DNA of 64,000 nucleotides from Roseibacillus sp. (GCA_051251855.1 JBPOGI010000001.1:1632001-1696000), one strand, 5' to 3'; positions 1 to 10,086 are shown, counted from the stretch's first letter. Notes: generated by a model not told the origin, from the sequence alone. A program made the numbers and translations.

Positions 1-349
1 GTTCAAACTCCTCCGCATAGGCCTCCTCCGCCTTCGCGCGGCGTGAGCGACCGGCATCGAGCTTCTTGAGATATTTGGGATCGTTTTTCTCTGCTTCGCG
101 CTCTGCTTTCAGTCGCTCAATTCGATCCGCGGGCGCCAGAATCCCGTGTGAGAATTTCTTGCGCCGCTTGAACTCCACCACGGTCCAACTCGGCCCCTCC
201 ATTTTCACCCTCCGGCTCAAAGCGGCATCGCCCGGTGGCAAGCGCGCCCAATCAGTAGGAATCTTCATCGGCTCCCCCTCCATACTGGACACGAAGCCCT
301 CCTTCTCGCCCAAGCGAACCTCAATCGCCTCTTCATTACTCTTACTCAT
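1..349 (-). CDS. DUF2293-family protein, partial (runs off the left edge)
   Basis: Manual translation from ATG at 349 gives MSKSNEEAIEV...PTDWARLPPGDAALSRRVKMEGPSWTVVEFKRRKKFSHGILAPADRIE..., open to the window edge. LPPGDAALxRRVK is typical of DUF2293 proteins. Confidence 0.7.
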   Translation of the reverse strand, partial: MSKSNEEAIEVRLGEKEGFVSSMEGEPMKIPTDWARLPPGDAALSRRVKMEGPSWTVVEFKRRKKFSHGILAPADRIERLKAEREAEKNDPKYLKKLDAGRSRRAKAEEAYAEEFE

Positions 350-465
350 CGCAGACTCCAACAGGAACCTCCCCTACCGCCGAGCGCAAGGCCAGCCTTC
401 AACATCCTGTCATCCCAAGGAAAAAGGGTCAAAAAAAGCAAAGATCGAGACTCAACACCCTGATT

Positions 466-494
466 TTGACATTCTGTTTGGGAGAATGTAGTAT
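466..494 (+). promoter_or_regulatory. sigma70-type promoter of the TA operon
   Basis: TTGACA (466-471), 17-bp spacer, TAGTAT (489-494), then ATG at 505. Confidence 0.7.
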
Positions 495-504
495 TCGCCT
501 TGTT

Positions 505-783
505 ATGGCCGAAGAGTCGCTCGATATTCCGATTTCAGAACTGCCTTTTGAGGCGGGGCAAGGGTTCTCGGCGACTGTTTCCGAGGATGGCATTGCTCAC
601 ATCACGGTCTTGCTAGCGAAAACCCAGGAACGAACTGAAAGCGCTCACTCTCAAGAGGCAGCCACCGCGTTTCTGAGAAAATGGGGAGGCTCTCTTGCGA
701 GTTCTGATTCCTTTCGGAAAGACCTCCACTCTGATGATCCTAGAATGCTTCACTACATCGAAAAATTCGGTTTGGACGCATGA
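505..783 (+). CDS. Putative antitoxin of a PIN (VapBC-like) module
   Basis: Small acidic ORF with an ATGA overlap into the PIN gene. C-terminus FLRKWGG...DDPRMLHYIEKF resembles tails of PIN-associated antitoxins. Start moved from TTG 466 (the -35 box) to ATG 505. Confidence 0.6.
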   Translation: MAEESLDIPISELPFEAGQGFSATVSEDGIAHITVLLAKTQERTESAHSQEAATAFLRKWGGSLASSDSFRKDLHSDDPRMLHYIEKFGLDA

Positions 784-1199
784 GGCTCTTTCTCGATACC
801 AACATCCTGCTCGATGTCGCTCAAGGACGGGAATCGTTCTATGAGGCTTCTTCCAAAATTGTACAGTTCGCTCATCGAGACGAGAACGAGGCCTTTCTCT
901 CGTGGCATTCGATGGCGACTCTTTTCTACATTCTCAGCAAACCGTGGGGCGAATCGAAAACAAGAGAATACCTAACCGATATTCTTTCTTGGGCTGAATT
1001 GGCCCCAACGAGTCAAGGATACGCGCTCAAAGCGCTTGCGATGGACGGCAAAGACTTCGAGGACGATCTCCAAAGTCAATGCGCGGTGGCGGCGAACTGC
1101 GATTACATCATTACCCGCAACACGAAGGACTTTGCCAGTTCCTCCATCGGGGCTCTCACTCCAAGCGACTTTTGGGAGCGATTTGGCTCGGAGGAGTAA
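780..1199 (+). CDS. PIN-domain toxin (VapC-like ribonuclease)
   Basis: LFLDTNILLD at the N-terminus, DFEDDLQ and IITRNTKDF; 139 aa. Confidence 0.9.
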   Translation: MRLFLDTNILLDVAQGRESFYEASSKIVQFAHRDENEAFLSWHSMATLFYILSKPWGESKTREYLTDILSWAELAPTSQGYALKALAMDGKDFEDDLQSQCAVAANCDYIITRNTKDFASSSIGALTPSDFWERFGSEE

Positions 1200-1307
1200 T
1201 GGGGTCGCCTCTGGTCTTCATCCTCACACTCGAACGTCTTCCACCAAAGGCACGGTTTCCTCGTTACAAGAGAGGAAGAATGGGACATTTTTGACCAAAG
1301 AAGTCCC

Positions 1308-3008
1308 ATGAATGACACCGCGCGAACCTCTCCCTTCTCCGACTACACCACACCCCAGCCAGATCTCGAAGAGTGTCGCGGACGATACGAGGTCTTCCAT
1401 CAGAGACTAAATGACGCCTCTTCCTTGGATGACTGCTTGAAAGTGATTGCCGATTGGGACGCGCTGCTGATGACCATTAAGGAGTGGAGCAGTCTGACTG
1501 AGATTCGCTTCAATCAGGACACTCAGAACAAGGCCTTCATCAAAGAGAAAGAGGAACTCGATGAGAGCTATTCGAAGTTCGTGGATCTCGAAACCACCTT
1601 CAAACAGGCGCTGTTAGACTCCCCGTTTCGCAGTGAACTGGCTGCGGCAACTTCCCCTCACCTCTTTGCGCTCTGGGAGTGCAATACGCGCAGCTTTTCT
1701 CCCGCAATCGAAGCGGATGTTTCTGCAGAGGCCAAGCTCGCTTCAGAATACACTTCGCTGACCGCGGGGGCGGAGATTGAATTCCGAGGCGAGACCTTCA
1801 CCCTCTCGGAGCTCGACAAATTTGCCGACGATTCTGACCGAACGATTCGCGAGGAAGCTTGTCGAGCGAGTTCGCAATGGTATGCCGACAACGCACCGGA
1901 CCTCGATCGCATCTACCATGGCATGGTCGAGCTTCGCCACGGAATGGCTCTCAAGCTGGGCTACGACAACTTCGTGGAAATGGGCTACCAGAGAATGAGA
2001 CGCATTGGTTACGGGTCAGAAGACGTGAACGTCTTTCGGGAAGAAGTGCAACGGGAAGTGGTTCCTTTCGTCACCGAGATGGCCAAGAAACAGGCGCAAA
2101 CCCTTGGGATTGAGAGCCTGAAGTTCTGGGACAATGCAGTTTTCTCGCCCCATGGAAACCCCGCTCCGCGGGGAGATCACGATTGGATGATCGAGCGGGC
2201 AACGGAGATGTTCTCAGCCATGGGACATGGTCTTCCCGAGTTCTTCGAAGAGATGAAATCTCGCGGCGTGATGGACCTGAAATCACGGAAAGGAAAAGCA
2301 GGAGGAGGGTTTTGCGACTACCTCCCCCTCTGCGAATTCCCCTTTATTTTCGCCAACTTCAACGGCACCCGAGCCGACGTGGATGTCTTCACCCACGAAA
2401 TGGGTCATGCCTTTCAGGCCTACTCAGGCCGCAAGCAAGCGATGAGCGATCTGGTGTGGCCGACGACGGAAGCCTGTGAAATCCATTCCATGGCCTTGGA
2501 GTTCCTGACTTGGCCCTCCATGGACTTGTTTTATGGCGAAGAGGCTGCCGACGAGCTTCGCAGAATTCATCTCACGGGCTATCTCATGTTTCTGCCCTAT
2601 GGAGTGGCGGTCGATCACTTTCAACATCTCGTCTACGAGCAACCAGACGCCACCCCCGAACGCAATGCGATGTGGCAGGAAATGGAGCAGCGCTACCTCC
2701 CCTGGTATCAATATGACGACCTGCCCAGCGAGAGTTCCGGACGTCTCTGGCAAGCCAAGCAGCACATTTACGGAGCTCCTTTTTACTACATCGACTACTG
2801 CTTGGCACAGACGGGCGCGATGCAGTTTTGGACCAAATCGCGCAGTGATCGGGAGGGAACGCTCCAGGCCTATACCGACCTTTGCCGTCTAGGCGGAAGC
2901 AGGAATTATAGCGATTTGTTAGAGTTTGCAGGTCTCAAGTCACCGTTTCAAAAGGGCTGTTTGAAGGACGTGATGGCAGATGCAAAAACGTTTCTGAACG
3001 CCTCATAA
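1308..3008 (+). CDS. M3B oligoendopeptidase (PepF-like)
   Basis: HEMGH zinc motif, EIHSMALEF, HIYGAPFYYIDY; 566 aa. Confidence 0.92.
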   Translation: MNDTARTSPFSDYTTPQPDLEECRGRYEVFHQRLNDASSLDDCLKVIADWDALLMTIKEWSSLTEIRFNQDTQNKAFIKEKEELDESYSKFVDLETTFKQALLDSPFRSELAAATSPHLFALWECNTRSFSPAIEADVSAEAKLASEYTSLTAGAEIEFRGETFTLSELDKFADDSDRTIREEACRASSQWYADNAPDLDRIYHGMVELRHGMALKLGYDNFVEMGYQRMRRIGYGSEDVNVFREEVQREVVPFVTEMAKKQAQTLGIESLKFWDNAVFSPHGNPAPRGDHDWMIERATEMFSAMGHGLPEFFEEMKSRGVMDLKSRKGKAGGGFCDYLPLCEFPFIFANFNGTRADVDVFTHEMGHAFQAYSGRKQAMSDLVWPTTEACEIHSMALEFLTWPSMDLFYGEEAADELRRIHLTGYLMFLPYGVAVDHFQHLVYEQPDATPERNAMWQEMEQRYLPWYQYDDLPSESSGRLWQAKQHIYGAPFYYIDYCLAQTGAMQFWTKSRSDREGTLQAYTDLCRLGGSRNYSDLLEFAGLKSPFQKGCLKDVMADAKTFLNAS

Positions 3009-3011
3009 ACA

Positions 3012-3893
3012 ATGGACCGCCGACATCCCATTTCAGAATTCAAGGCTGAGCGATTCAGAGACTTCTTTGGAAGTCAGACAAGCCCTCTTGAAACCCAGTT
3101 GCTAAGCGGCGGAGCCTGCAACAGCAACTACTCGGTGCGCACACCCAAGGGCGAACGCTTCGTGTGCCGAATCCACAACCGAGGCAATCCTCAGGCGGAA
3201 AAAGCCATCGTTGCCCTTCTCGATGAGGCCATCCTTACCCCCGAATATCTGTGGGCTGGTGACGGAGTTTCGGTGATGTCTTTTGTGGAAGGCACTCATT
3301 TTCGCCCCACCAAAAAATTGGTCCGCGAAGCAGGCCAGATGATAGCGAGACTGAAGACCATCACCTTCCAAAGCTCTGGGCAAATCCTCCCCAGCGGTGA
3401 CGTCATCCCCTTTCCAGGCTGGCCCACTTTCAAGACCGGTATTCTGGGGCAGTTGGCCAAGGATTCAGTGCGGGACTATCTGGGAAAAGAAACGCTCGTT
3501 GCGGTGGAGAACCTCGTGAAGCAGCATCAGGACCTCTTTCACTCCTTCGATAGCTGCCACAATCTCGTGCATGGCGATTTCAGGCCCGATAACATTCTCG
3601 TCTCCGACGATTCCATCACCGGAATTTTGGATTGGGAGTTCGCTCACTCGGGGTGCTCCTGCATGGATATCGGAAACCTGCTGCGCCACCTTCCCTCAGA
3701 ATGGGAGCAAGACCTCGCTTGGGGACTGCAAAGCGAAGGCTTCGAATTACCCGGTAATTGGAGATTCCGTTCCCTCCTCATCGACTTGGTAAGCCATCTG
3801 GAGTTTCTCACTTCAAACCACTCAGATACTTTCAAAAGGAGCTGTGTCGCGAGAATCACTGCCCTGATCAAACAAAGCGCCGCGCTGGCCTGA
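3012..3893 (+). CDS. Aminoglycoside phosphotransferase/choline kinase-like family kinase
   Basis: GGACNSNY loop, HGDFRPDNIL (Brenner motif), ILDWE. Confidence 0.85.
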   Translation: MDRRHPISEFKAERFRDFFGSQTSPLETQLLSGGACNSNYSVRTPKGERFVCRIHNRGNPQAEKAIVALLDEAILTPEYLWAGDGVSVMSFVEGTHFRPTKKLVREAGQMIARLKTITFQSSGQILPSGDVIPFPGWPTFKTGILGQLAKDSVRDYLGKETLVAVENLVKQHQDLFHSFDSCHNLVHGDFRPDNILVSDDSITGILDWEFAHSGCSCMDIGNLLRHLPSEWEQDLAWGLQSEGFELPGNWRFRSLLIDLVSHLEFLTSNHSDTFKRSCVARITALIKQSAALA

Positions 3894-3981
3894 TTTCCTT
3901 TCCCCAGCCTTAATCGCTCGGCCCCCTCTCTACTTCATTTTTTTCTGGAAGCGCGCTCTTCTCTCGGCAACACCTTTTCTC

Positions 3982-4767
3982 GTGACCGAGTCCTTCCTTT
4001 CGCGCTTTTCTGGCATTGCCCGTCTTTATGGTCGGGACGCCTTGGAGCGTTTTCAGCAATCACATGTTACCATCGTTGGGGTCGGGGGCGTCGGTTGTTG
4101 GGTCGCGGAGGCACTCGCTCGCTCGGGAGTCGGCAAGCTCACTCTCATCGACCTCGATGACTTATGCGTCACGAATACGAATCGTCAGCTTCACGCCACC
4201 AGCGAGACCATTGGGCAGTCCAAAGCCCAGGTGATGGCCGACCGCCTGCGCAGCATCAACCCCGAGATTGAGGTCGTGATGCGGCAAGAATTTTTCAGCG
4301 AAAGCAGCGCCGAAAGTATTCTAACAGACTCGGGAGATTTTCTGGTGGACGCCATTGACTCCATTAAAGCGAAGTGCCTCCTTCTAGCTCTTTGTCGGGA
4401 GAAAGAGATTCCGGTCATCACCTCAGGAGGCGCGGGTGGACGCATTCGAACCGACAAAATCGAAATCACCGATCTCTCGCGCACTCATGGCTGCGCCCTT
4501 CTCTTGCAAGTGAGGAAGAATCTGCGATCGGACTACCGCTTTCCCCGTGGCGGAAAGAAGGCCAAGAAGTTTGGGATTCAAGCGGTCTTCTCTTCCGAGC
4601 AACCCCGCTATCCCACTGCGGATGGTTGTGTGAGCATCGAGCGCCCCGATGACGTTGACCCCGGCATTCGGTGTGATGCCGGCTATGGCACTTCCACTCC
4701 AATTATCGGCAGCTTCGGACTCGCGATTGCAGGAGCCATTCTCGAACAGCTGGCAGAGGAGAAATAG
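3982..4767 (+). CDS. tcdA: tRNA threonylcarbamoyladenosine dehydratase (ThiF/E1-like)
   Basis: RFSGIARLYG, GVGGVGCWVAEALARSGVG, NTNRQLHA, DAID, SGGAGG, VFSSEQ. Confidence 0.88.
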   Translation: MTESFLSRFSGIARLYGRDALERFQQSHVTIVGVGGVGCWVAEALARSGVGKLTLIDLDDLCVTNTNRQLHATSETIGQSKAQVMADRLRSINPEIEVVMRQEFFSESSAESILTDSGDFLVDAIDSIKAKCLLLALCREKEIPVITSGGAGGRIRTDKIEITDLSRTHGCALLLQVRKNLRSDYRFPRGGKKAKKFGIQAVFSSEQPRYPTADGCVSIERPDDVDPGIRCDAGYGTSTPIIGSFGLAIAGAILEQLAEEK

Positions 4768-4800
4768 AAGGTTTGGCTTTTGACGATTGCAGCGGAAAGG

Positions 4801-4826
4801 GCGGCAGTAAAGGCCGCCCCTCAGTG
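4801..4826. repeat. REP-like palindromic repeat, copy 1
   Basis: GCGGCAGTAAAGGCCGCCCCTCAGTG is the reverse complement of 22914-22939 at 25/26 nt. Forms the hairpin GGGCGGC-AGTAAAG-GCCGCCC between convergent genes. Confidence 0.7.
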
Positions 4827-4827
4827 C

Positions 4828-5163
4828 TCACTCCTTCGGCTTCGCGGCCCTAGCTTCGATGAGTTCTTTGTTCGGATCTTCGAAATCAGCTTCGTAGCCT
4901 TTGGCGTAGCTAAAGAGATGCTTCCAGCCATACTCAAAGTAGGCCTCTTTTTCCTCGTCAGAGAACCCGTGCCAGATGGTGACGTTGAAAGCACGGGTGA
5001 CTTTCATCATCATCTTGAGGGTCAAACGACGGCCTTTGCGAGCACGTTGAACCTGCTTGTGAGTCAACTGCTCGGTAGAGATTTCCACCAAGTGATGATT
5101 CGAAAGCCCCCAGTCATCCATAAGCTGATCGAGAGGCTGAGGTCCAAGGTCCATTTCTTCCAT
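4828..5163 (-). CDS. Hypothetical protein, possible XRE/Cro-like HTH
   Basis: 111 aa. LDQLMDDWGLSNHHLVEIS...LTHKQVQRARKGRRLTLKMMMKVTRAF has HTH-like periodicity. TATCCT lies 7 nt before the ATG. Confidence 0.65.
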   Translation of the reverse strand: MEEMDLGPQPLDQLMDDWGLSNHHLVEISTEQLTHKQVQRARKGRRLTLKMMMKVTRAFNVTIWHGFSDEEKEAYFEYGWKHLFSYAKGYEADFEDPNKELIEARAAKPKE

Positions 5164-5216
5164 GACAGGCAGGATAGTTAAATTTTCACTAAGCTAAAGC
5201 CGAAAACGGAAGGTCT

Positions 5217-6740
5217 CTATTCCCACTCGATACTCGCTGGTGGCTTGGTCGAGACATCGTAGAGAACCCGGTTCACTCCCGGAACATCATTCAAAATACG
5301 GTGACTCGTCTCACGGAGAATTTCGTAGGGCAACTCCACCCAATCGGCAGTCATAGCGTCCTCGCTAATCACCGCGCGTAGGCCAACTGCCCATTCGTAG
5401 CTTCGCTCGTCCCCTTTCACTCCCACCGTCTTCACAGGGATGAGACAGGCATAGGCTTGCCAAGTCTTGTTATACCAACCGTGCTCGTGGAGCTTGCCAA
5501 TGAAGATGGCATCCGCCTCTTGAATAATCCGAATCCGATCGCGGTCCACGACGCCAGGACAACGAACAGCCAGACCAGGCCCAGGAAAAGGGTGGCGATT
5601 CACGATGTCGGGCTGAATTCCTAATGAAATCCCCAACTCGCGCACTTCATCCTTAAAAAGCTCTGCCAGCGGCTCGAGCACTTTGCCCTGCTTCTGCAGT
5701 TCAAGAATTCGATCCACACGGTTGTGATGAGTCTTAATTTTGGATGCTTTCGAACCTTCGTTGGAAGCGCTCTCGATAACGTCAGGATAGAGCGTTCCCT
5801 GCGCTAAAAGTTCAGCGTTACCAACCGCGTCCCAAAAGACATCCACGAAAAGATTACCAATAATTTCCCGCTTCTTCTCGGGCTCCGCCACGCCTTCTAA
5901 CTTCCCAAGGAAGAGGTCACTAGCATCCACGGTCTCGATAGGAACGCCCATGCGTTCGAAATTCTTCCGAACCTCAATCCCCTCATCTTTTCGCATCAAG
6001 CCATGATCCACAAAGATAGCGCGCATGTTGATTCCAGCTTCCTTCAACAGCACCGCTAAGACCGTACTGTCCACTCCACCACTGACGCCGCAGACCACTT
6101 GCTTATCCCCGACAGTCTCCTTAATCTCGGCCAAGAGATCACGCTTCATGTCCTCGATATGAAACTCGGCTAAGCCTTCCGCCAAATTTAAAAAGTTACG
6201 TAAAACCTGAGTCCCTTCGTGGCTGTGCGTCACCTCAGGGTGAAACTGAATCCCGTAATAGCGGTCTCCCCATCCCAAGCTAACCGGAGTGCCATGCTGA
6301 TTGACGGCCAACACGGTCGTCTCTCCCGAGAGCCCCTTTACAGTATCAGAGTGGCTCATCCAAATCTGGGAACGCTCTGACAAATCAGCGAAGAGTCCCT
6401 CCTTCACCTCCGGAATCAACTCAGCAGGACCATACTCACGCTTGTCGCTGGGCTCCACGGTGCCGCCGAACTTTAAGTTCAAAAGCTGCATCCCGTAACA
6501 TACTCCCAACACCGGAACTCCAAAGGCATCCAGAGTATCAAAGTCGATATCAGGCGCATCCGCATCCGCAGTGCTCTTTGGGCCTCCAGACAGAATCACG
6601 GCCCCGGGCTGCCCCAGACGTGACAAATCTTCGGGACGATAGAGCTTAGCAAAATAGCCAAGCTCGCGCACACGGCGAACAATGAGTTGAGTATACTGCG
6701 AGCCAAAATCGAGCACCGCAACGTGGTTTACTTCTTCCAT
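5217..6740 (-). CDS. guaA: GMP synthase (glutamine-hydrolysing)
   Basis: LDFGSQYTQLI, GVCYGMQ, QFHPEV, SGGVDS, IKTHHN, HPFPGPGLAVR, SKPPASIEWE-type C-terminus. Confidence 0.97.
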   Translation of the reverse strand: MEEVNHVAVLDFGSQYTQLIVRRVRELGYFAKLYRPEDLSRLGQPGAVILSGGPKSTADADAPDIDFDTLDAFGVPVLGVCYGMQLLNLKFGGTVEPSDKREYGPAELIPEVKEGLFADLSERSQIWMSHSDTVKGLSGETTVLAVNQHGTPVSLGWGDRYYGIQFHPEVTHSHEGTQVLRNFLNLAEGLAEFHIEDMKRDLLAEIKETVGDKQVVCGVSGGVDSTVLAVLLKEAGINMRAIFVDHGLMRKDEGIEVRKNFERMGVPIETVDASDLFLGKLEGVAEPEKKREIIGNLFVDVFWDAVGNAELLAQGTLYPDVIESASNEGSKASKIKTHHNRVDRILELQKQGKVLEPLAELFKDEVRELGISLGIQPDIVNRHPFPGPGLAVRCPGVVDRDRIRIIQEADAIFIGKLHEHGWYNKTWQAYACLIPVKTVGVKGDERSYEWAVGLRAVISEDAMTADWVELPYEILRETSHRILNDVPGVNRVLYDVSTKPPASIEWE

Positions 6741-6758
6741 AAAAAAATTCTGTTAGAA

Positions 6759-8216
6759 CTAGCTCCCCAAAGGTTGATAGTTGGTAGGCTCTTCGGTAAT
6801 GGTCACATCGTGCGCATGACTTTCGCGCAAACCTCCCGGAGTAATTCGCACGAACTCAGAAAAATCTCTTAACTCTGCCAGATTGTTCGCGCCTACATAC
6901 CCCATTCCTGAGCGTAGGCCTCCCATCAGTTGAAAAAGCACATCCGCCAAAGGTCCTTTGTAAGCCACTCGACCCTCCACGCCTTCCGCAACGAGCTTGC
7001 CGCTACTATTCTGACTGTAGCGATCGCTGGCTCCCTTCTTCATCGCTCCCAATGATCCCATCCCGCGATAGGTCTTAAAGCGACGTCCCTGATAGTGAAC
7101 CGTAGCGCCGGGACTCTCACGCGTCCCTGCTAACAGAGACCCGAGCATCACCAAATCTGCCCCCGCAGCCAAAGCCTTGACCACATCTCCCGAGTAACGA
7201 ATGCCACCATCAGCAATCACCCGCACCCCTGCTTCGCGTGCGACTTCGGCCACATTGCGAATGGCCGTAAATTGAGGCATCCCCACTCCAGCGATCACCC
7301 GTGTGGTGCAGATGGAACCCGGCCCCACGCCCACCTTGATGGCACTTGCACCAGCAGCAATCAGATCCTTCGCGCCCTGCGCAGTCACCACGTTTCCGGC
7401 GACTACAGGTAGATTCCCCAAAGAACGCAATTCCGTGATGACGTCCATCACCCGATCAGTATGTCCGGTTGCAGCATCGATGAAGAGTGCATCCGCTCCT
7501 GCTTCAATAAGCGCTTGTCCCCTCTCTTTAAAATCTGGGCCCACGCCCACGGCGGCTCCACAGCGGAGGCGCCCATCGGGATCCTTCGCAGCACTGGTAT
7601 AGGTGATTCGCTTCTCGATATCAGCCCCCGTAATCAGACCCACAAGCTTTCCGTCGCCCTCAACCAAAGGCAGCTTCTCGATACGATTTTCGTAAAGAAT
7701 ACGTCGCGCAGCTTCCATCCCAGTGTCTGGTCCACCCGTAACAAGACGCTCGCGTGGAGTCATTACTTCGGAGACTTTCTCGGTATCACCATCAAAGTAA
7801 CGCAGGTCGCGGCCAGTCACCATTCCCTCGAGGATCCCCTCGGCACTTACCACCGGAAACCCCGAGAACCCTCGCTCCTCCACCAAATCCCGCACTTGGC
7901 CCACCGTCATTTCTTTGGTGACGATTTCAGGACGATGAATCACCGCATTCTCAGAACGCTTGACTCGAGACACCATCACCACCTGCTCCTCAATGGAACA
8001 AGCTCGATGAATGACTCCAATACCTCCCTCGCGAGCCAGCGCGATGGCGAGTTCTGATTCCGAAACGGTATCCATTGCTGCCGAAACAACGGGAGAAGTC
8101 AGTTCAATATCGCTTGTCAAGGTGCTCCCTAGACTCACCAAATTAGGAAGCACACTGCTTCGCTGGGGAACTAAGAGAACGTCGTCGAAAGAAAGGCCTA
8201 GAATGGGCTCTGCCAT
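6759..8216 (-). CDS. guaB: IMP dehydrogenase
   Basis: [18 protein letters not shown] pair, [27 protein letters not shown]. Confidence 0.97.
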   Translation of the reverse strand: MAEPILGLSFDDVLLVPQRSSVLPNLVSLGSTLTSDIELTSPVVSAAMDTVSESELAIALAREGGIGVIHRACSIEEQVVMVSRVKRSENAVIHRPEIVTKEMTVGQVRDLVEERGFSGFPVVSAEGILEGMVTGRDLRYFDGDTEKVSEVMTPRERLVTGGPDTGMEAARRILYENRIEKLPLVEGDGKLVGLITGADIEKRITYTSAAKDPDGRLRCGAAVGVGPDFKERGQALIEAGADALFIDAATGHTDRVMDVITELRSLGNLPVVAGNVVTAQGAKDLIAAGASAIKVGVGPGSICTTRVIAGVGMPQFTAIRNVAEVAREAGVRVIADGGIRYSGDVVKALAAGADLVMLGSLLAGTRESPGATVHYQGRRFKTYRGMGSLGAMKKGASDRYSQNSSGKLVAEGVEGRVAYKGPLADVLFQLMGGLRSGMGYVGANNLAELRDFSEFVRITPGGLRESHAHDVTITEEPTNYQPLGS

Positions 8217-8286
8217 GGGCGAATGAATGGAAGTGCGAGCCGATGTTCAAGCCCGAAGTGCAATCAAATTGGCATGATGTCCATAT

Positions 8287-8880
8287 TTAGACCACATGCA
8301 TGGGAACTGGAACCGCCACCACCTGCATTCCCGCAAGTTGTGCCGATACGATACCAGGTGCGGCATCCTCGAAGGCCACGCACTTCGTGGGGTCCACCCC
8401 AATACGCTCAGCGGCCAACAAAAATACCTCAGGGTCTGGCTTCCCAACTTTCACGTCGTCCGCGGTCACCACTTCATCGAAAAGATCAGAAAGACCGAGA
8501 ATCTGGAGAGTCCTCTCAGCGACCATCCGTGAGCCACCCGTCGCAATCGCCATGGGCACTTTTCCTCGCCAAGATTTCGCATACTCCACCACTTCTTCGT
8601 TCAAAGTCACCTTATCCAGACGCTTCATGAACGCTTCCTTCTTTGCGAAAGCGACCGTATTTGGATCAAGATTAAGACCATATTCCTCGTTCAACTGAAC
8701 CACGATATCCTTAGTCGGGCGGCCTCCCATGGCATAAAAAACGTCTTCCTTAAAAACCCCCGCAGCCCCGACCTGAGCAAGGGCCTCGCACCACGCCTCA
8801 AAATGGGCCGGCATGGAATCCACTAGGGTTCCATCCAAATCAAAAACTAATCCTTCAAAGCCGTCTGTGGGAAAATCCAT
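8287..8880 (-). CDS. HAD-family phosphatase (beta-PGM/YqaB-like)
   Basis: FDLDGTLVDS, ATGG, GKPDP, FEDA; ATG at 8880 chosen as start. Confidence 0.88.
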   Translation of the reverse strand: MDFPTDGFEGLVFDLDGTLVDSMPAHFEAWCEALAQVGAAGVFKEDVFYAMGGRPTKDIVVQLNEEYGLNLDPNTVAFAKKEAFMKRLDKVTLNEEVVEYAKSWRGKVPMAIATGGSRMVAERTLQILGLSDLFDEVVTADDVKVGKPDPEVFLLAAERIGVDPTKCVAFEDAAPGIVSAQLAGMQVVAVPVPMHVV

Positions 8881-9025
8881 ATCTCGCAACCGCAATGGCC
8901 CAAAAGACACCAACACTTCAAGCGGATATTCAAAATTTTAGGTAACAACTTCGTCACCCCGCTCACTTTATAGAAAAAGAGAGCTCGGCCGGTGGAGTTC
9001 GGCTATTCGCAACCGTGACACTAAC

Positions 9026-10081
9026 TTAGCGCCCGAAGTCCACTTTCTGAAGCTCTCCACTAACCGCCTTCCGCTGGCCAACCCAACGAGTACGTCCTCC
9101 GGTTGGTTTCTTCTCCAAAATCCAGAAGGCCAGCACCTTACCTTCCTCGCCTGGCTCAAGTTCGCGCAGAAAGAGCTTCCCTTGGGAATAGTTATGCCCC
9201 TCTAGAAGAAACTCTCCCCGTTTCCCTCGGACAAAACGAGTATCGTGCCACTCTAGCCCCACGGACAACTCCTCAGTACCGACTAAACCCGAGTAGCTTG
9301 TCAAAGCCACATTGTAAGAAACCGGAGCAGGCTGCTTGCGAAGCTTCAGAACGATTGCCGACTCTCTCCGTCTGTCATCAAAGAAACGGCCTCGCAGGTC
9401 ACCATCTTCATCACGAACAAAACCTCGTCCGATACGTGTTCCTTCCTGCCAAGCTTCGAAGACCATACCACCCCGCTCCATCTTTCCTCCATAAAGAACA
9501 ATCGCGTCACCACGCTCGGCAAGAAAGACGCCTCTCCAAAGTTCCTCCCCTCTCCACTGACCAGCCAAGACCCCCGAAACCCCTTCGATTTCGGCCTCAA
9601 AGAGCTCAATAGGATCGGTGGTCGAGCTGTCTCCAACCTCGGACTTCCAATCACGCGCCGAACTACTTTCGGAGGCTGAACTTTCTCCCTTCTCGGCTAG
9701 GGCAGCTGCTCCTCGTCCCCCAATGCTCTCCGCTTCCAAGCGGGAGAGACAACCTTCCAAAATCCGGGTCCGATATCGTGTCAGCTCTCGCATCGTTTGA
9801 AAATAAGATTGCGGATACTTGGCTTCCCCACTGACCCCGTCCGCATCCGCTTTGGCCTGCTCTTTCACATATTGGATCCATTCATTCTGGGCCTTTCTGA
9901 ACATCTTGCCGCGCTCAGAATCTTTCCCAACGACCTTCAGTATCTCACCAAGAGTCGCCTCCATAATTTTTCTTTCAGCTTCCGCTGAGGTCGCCGCCTG
10001 CTCGTTAGGATTACTATCAGCCTGCGCCAAGAGAAGAACACTGCTTGCCAGCAAGTTAAGGAGAAGCACTTTAAAAATCAC
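9026..10081 (-). CDS. Secreted protein with N-terminal LprI/DUF1311-like domain and two C-terminal beta repeats
   Basis: Signal peptide. FRKAQNEWIQY...YPQSYFQTMRELTRYRTRIL resembles DUF1311. Own promoter directly upstream. Confidence 0.6.
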   Translation of the reverse strand: MIFKVLLLNLLASSVLLLAQADSNPNEQAATSAEAERKIMEATLGEILKVVGKDSERGKMFRKAQNEWIQYVKEQAKADADGVSGEAKYPQSYFQTMRELTRYRTRILEGCLSRLEAESIGGRGAAALAEKGESSASESSSARDWKSEVGDSSTTDPIELFEAEIEGVSGVLAGQWRGEELWRGVFLAERGDAIVLYGGKMERGGMVFEAWQEGTRIGRGFVRDEDGDLRGRFFDDRRRESAIVLKLRKQPAPVSYNVALTSYSGLVGTEELSVGLEWHDTRFVRGKRGEFLLEGHNYSQGKLFLRELEPGEEGKVLAFWILEKKPTGGRTRWVGQRKAVSGELQKVDFGR

Positions 10082-10086
10082 GCTGT

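Noticed and set aside
66..491. 141-aa + strand ORF at the window start
   Set aside because: Antisense to the DUF2293-like gene and overlapping the TA promoter; no recognisable features.
3012..3893. Aminoglycoside resistance gene
   Set aside because: Only generic APH/choline-kinase motifs; no similarity I can recognise to characterised APH enzymes and no mobile context.
8217..8286. Purine riboswitch upstream of guaB
   Set aside because: The 70-nt spacer is too short and lacks the aptamer consensus.
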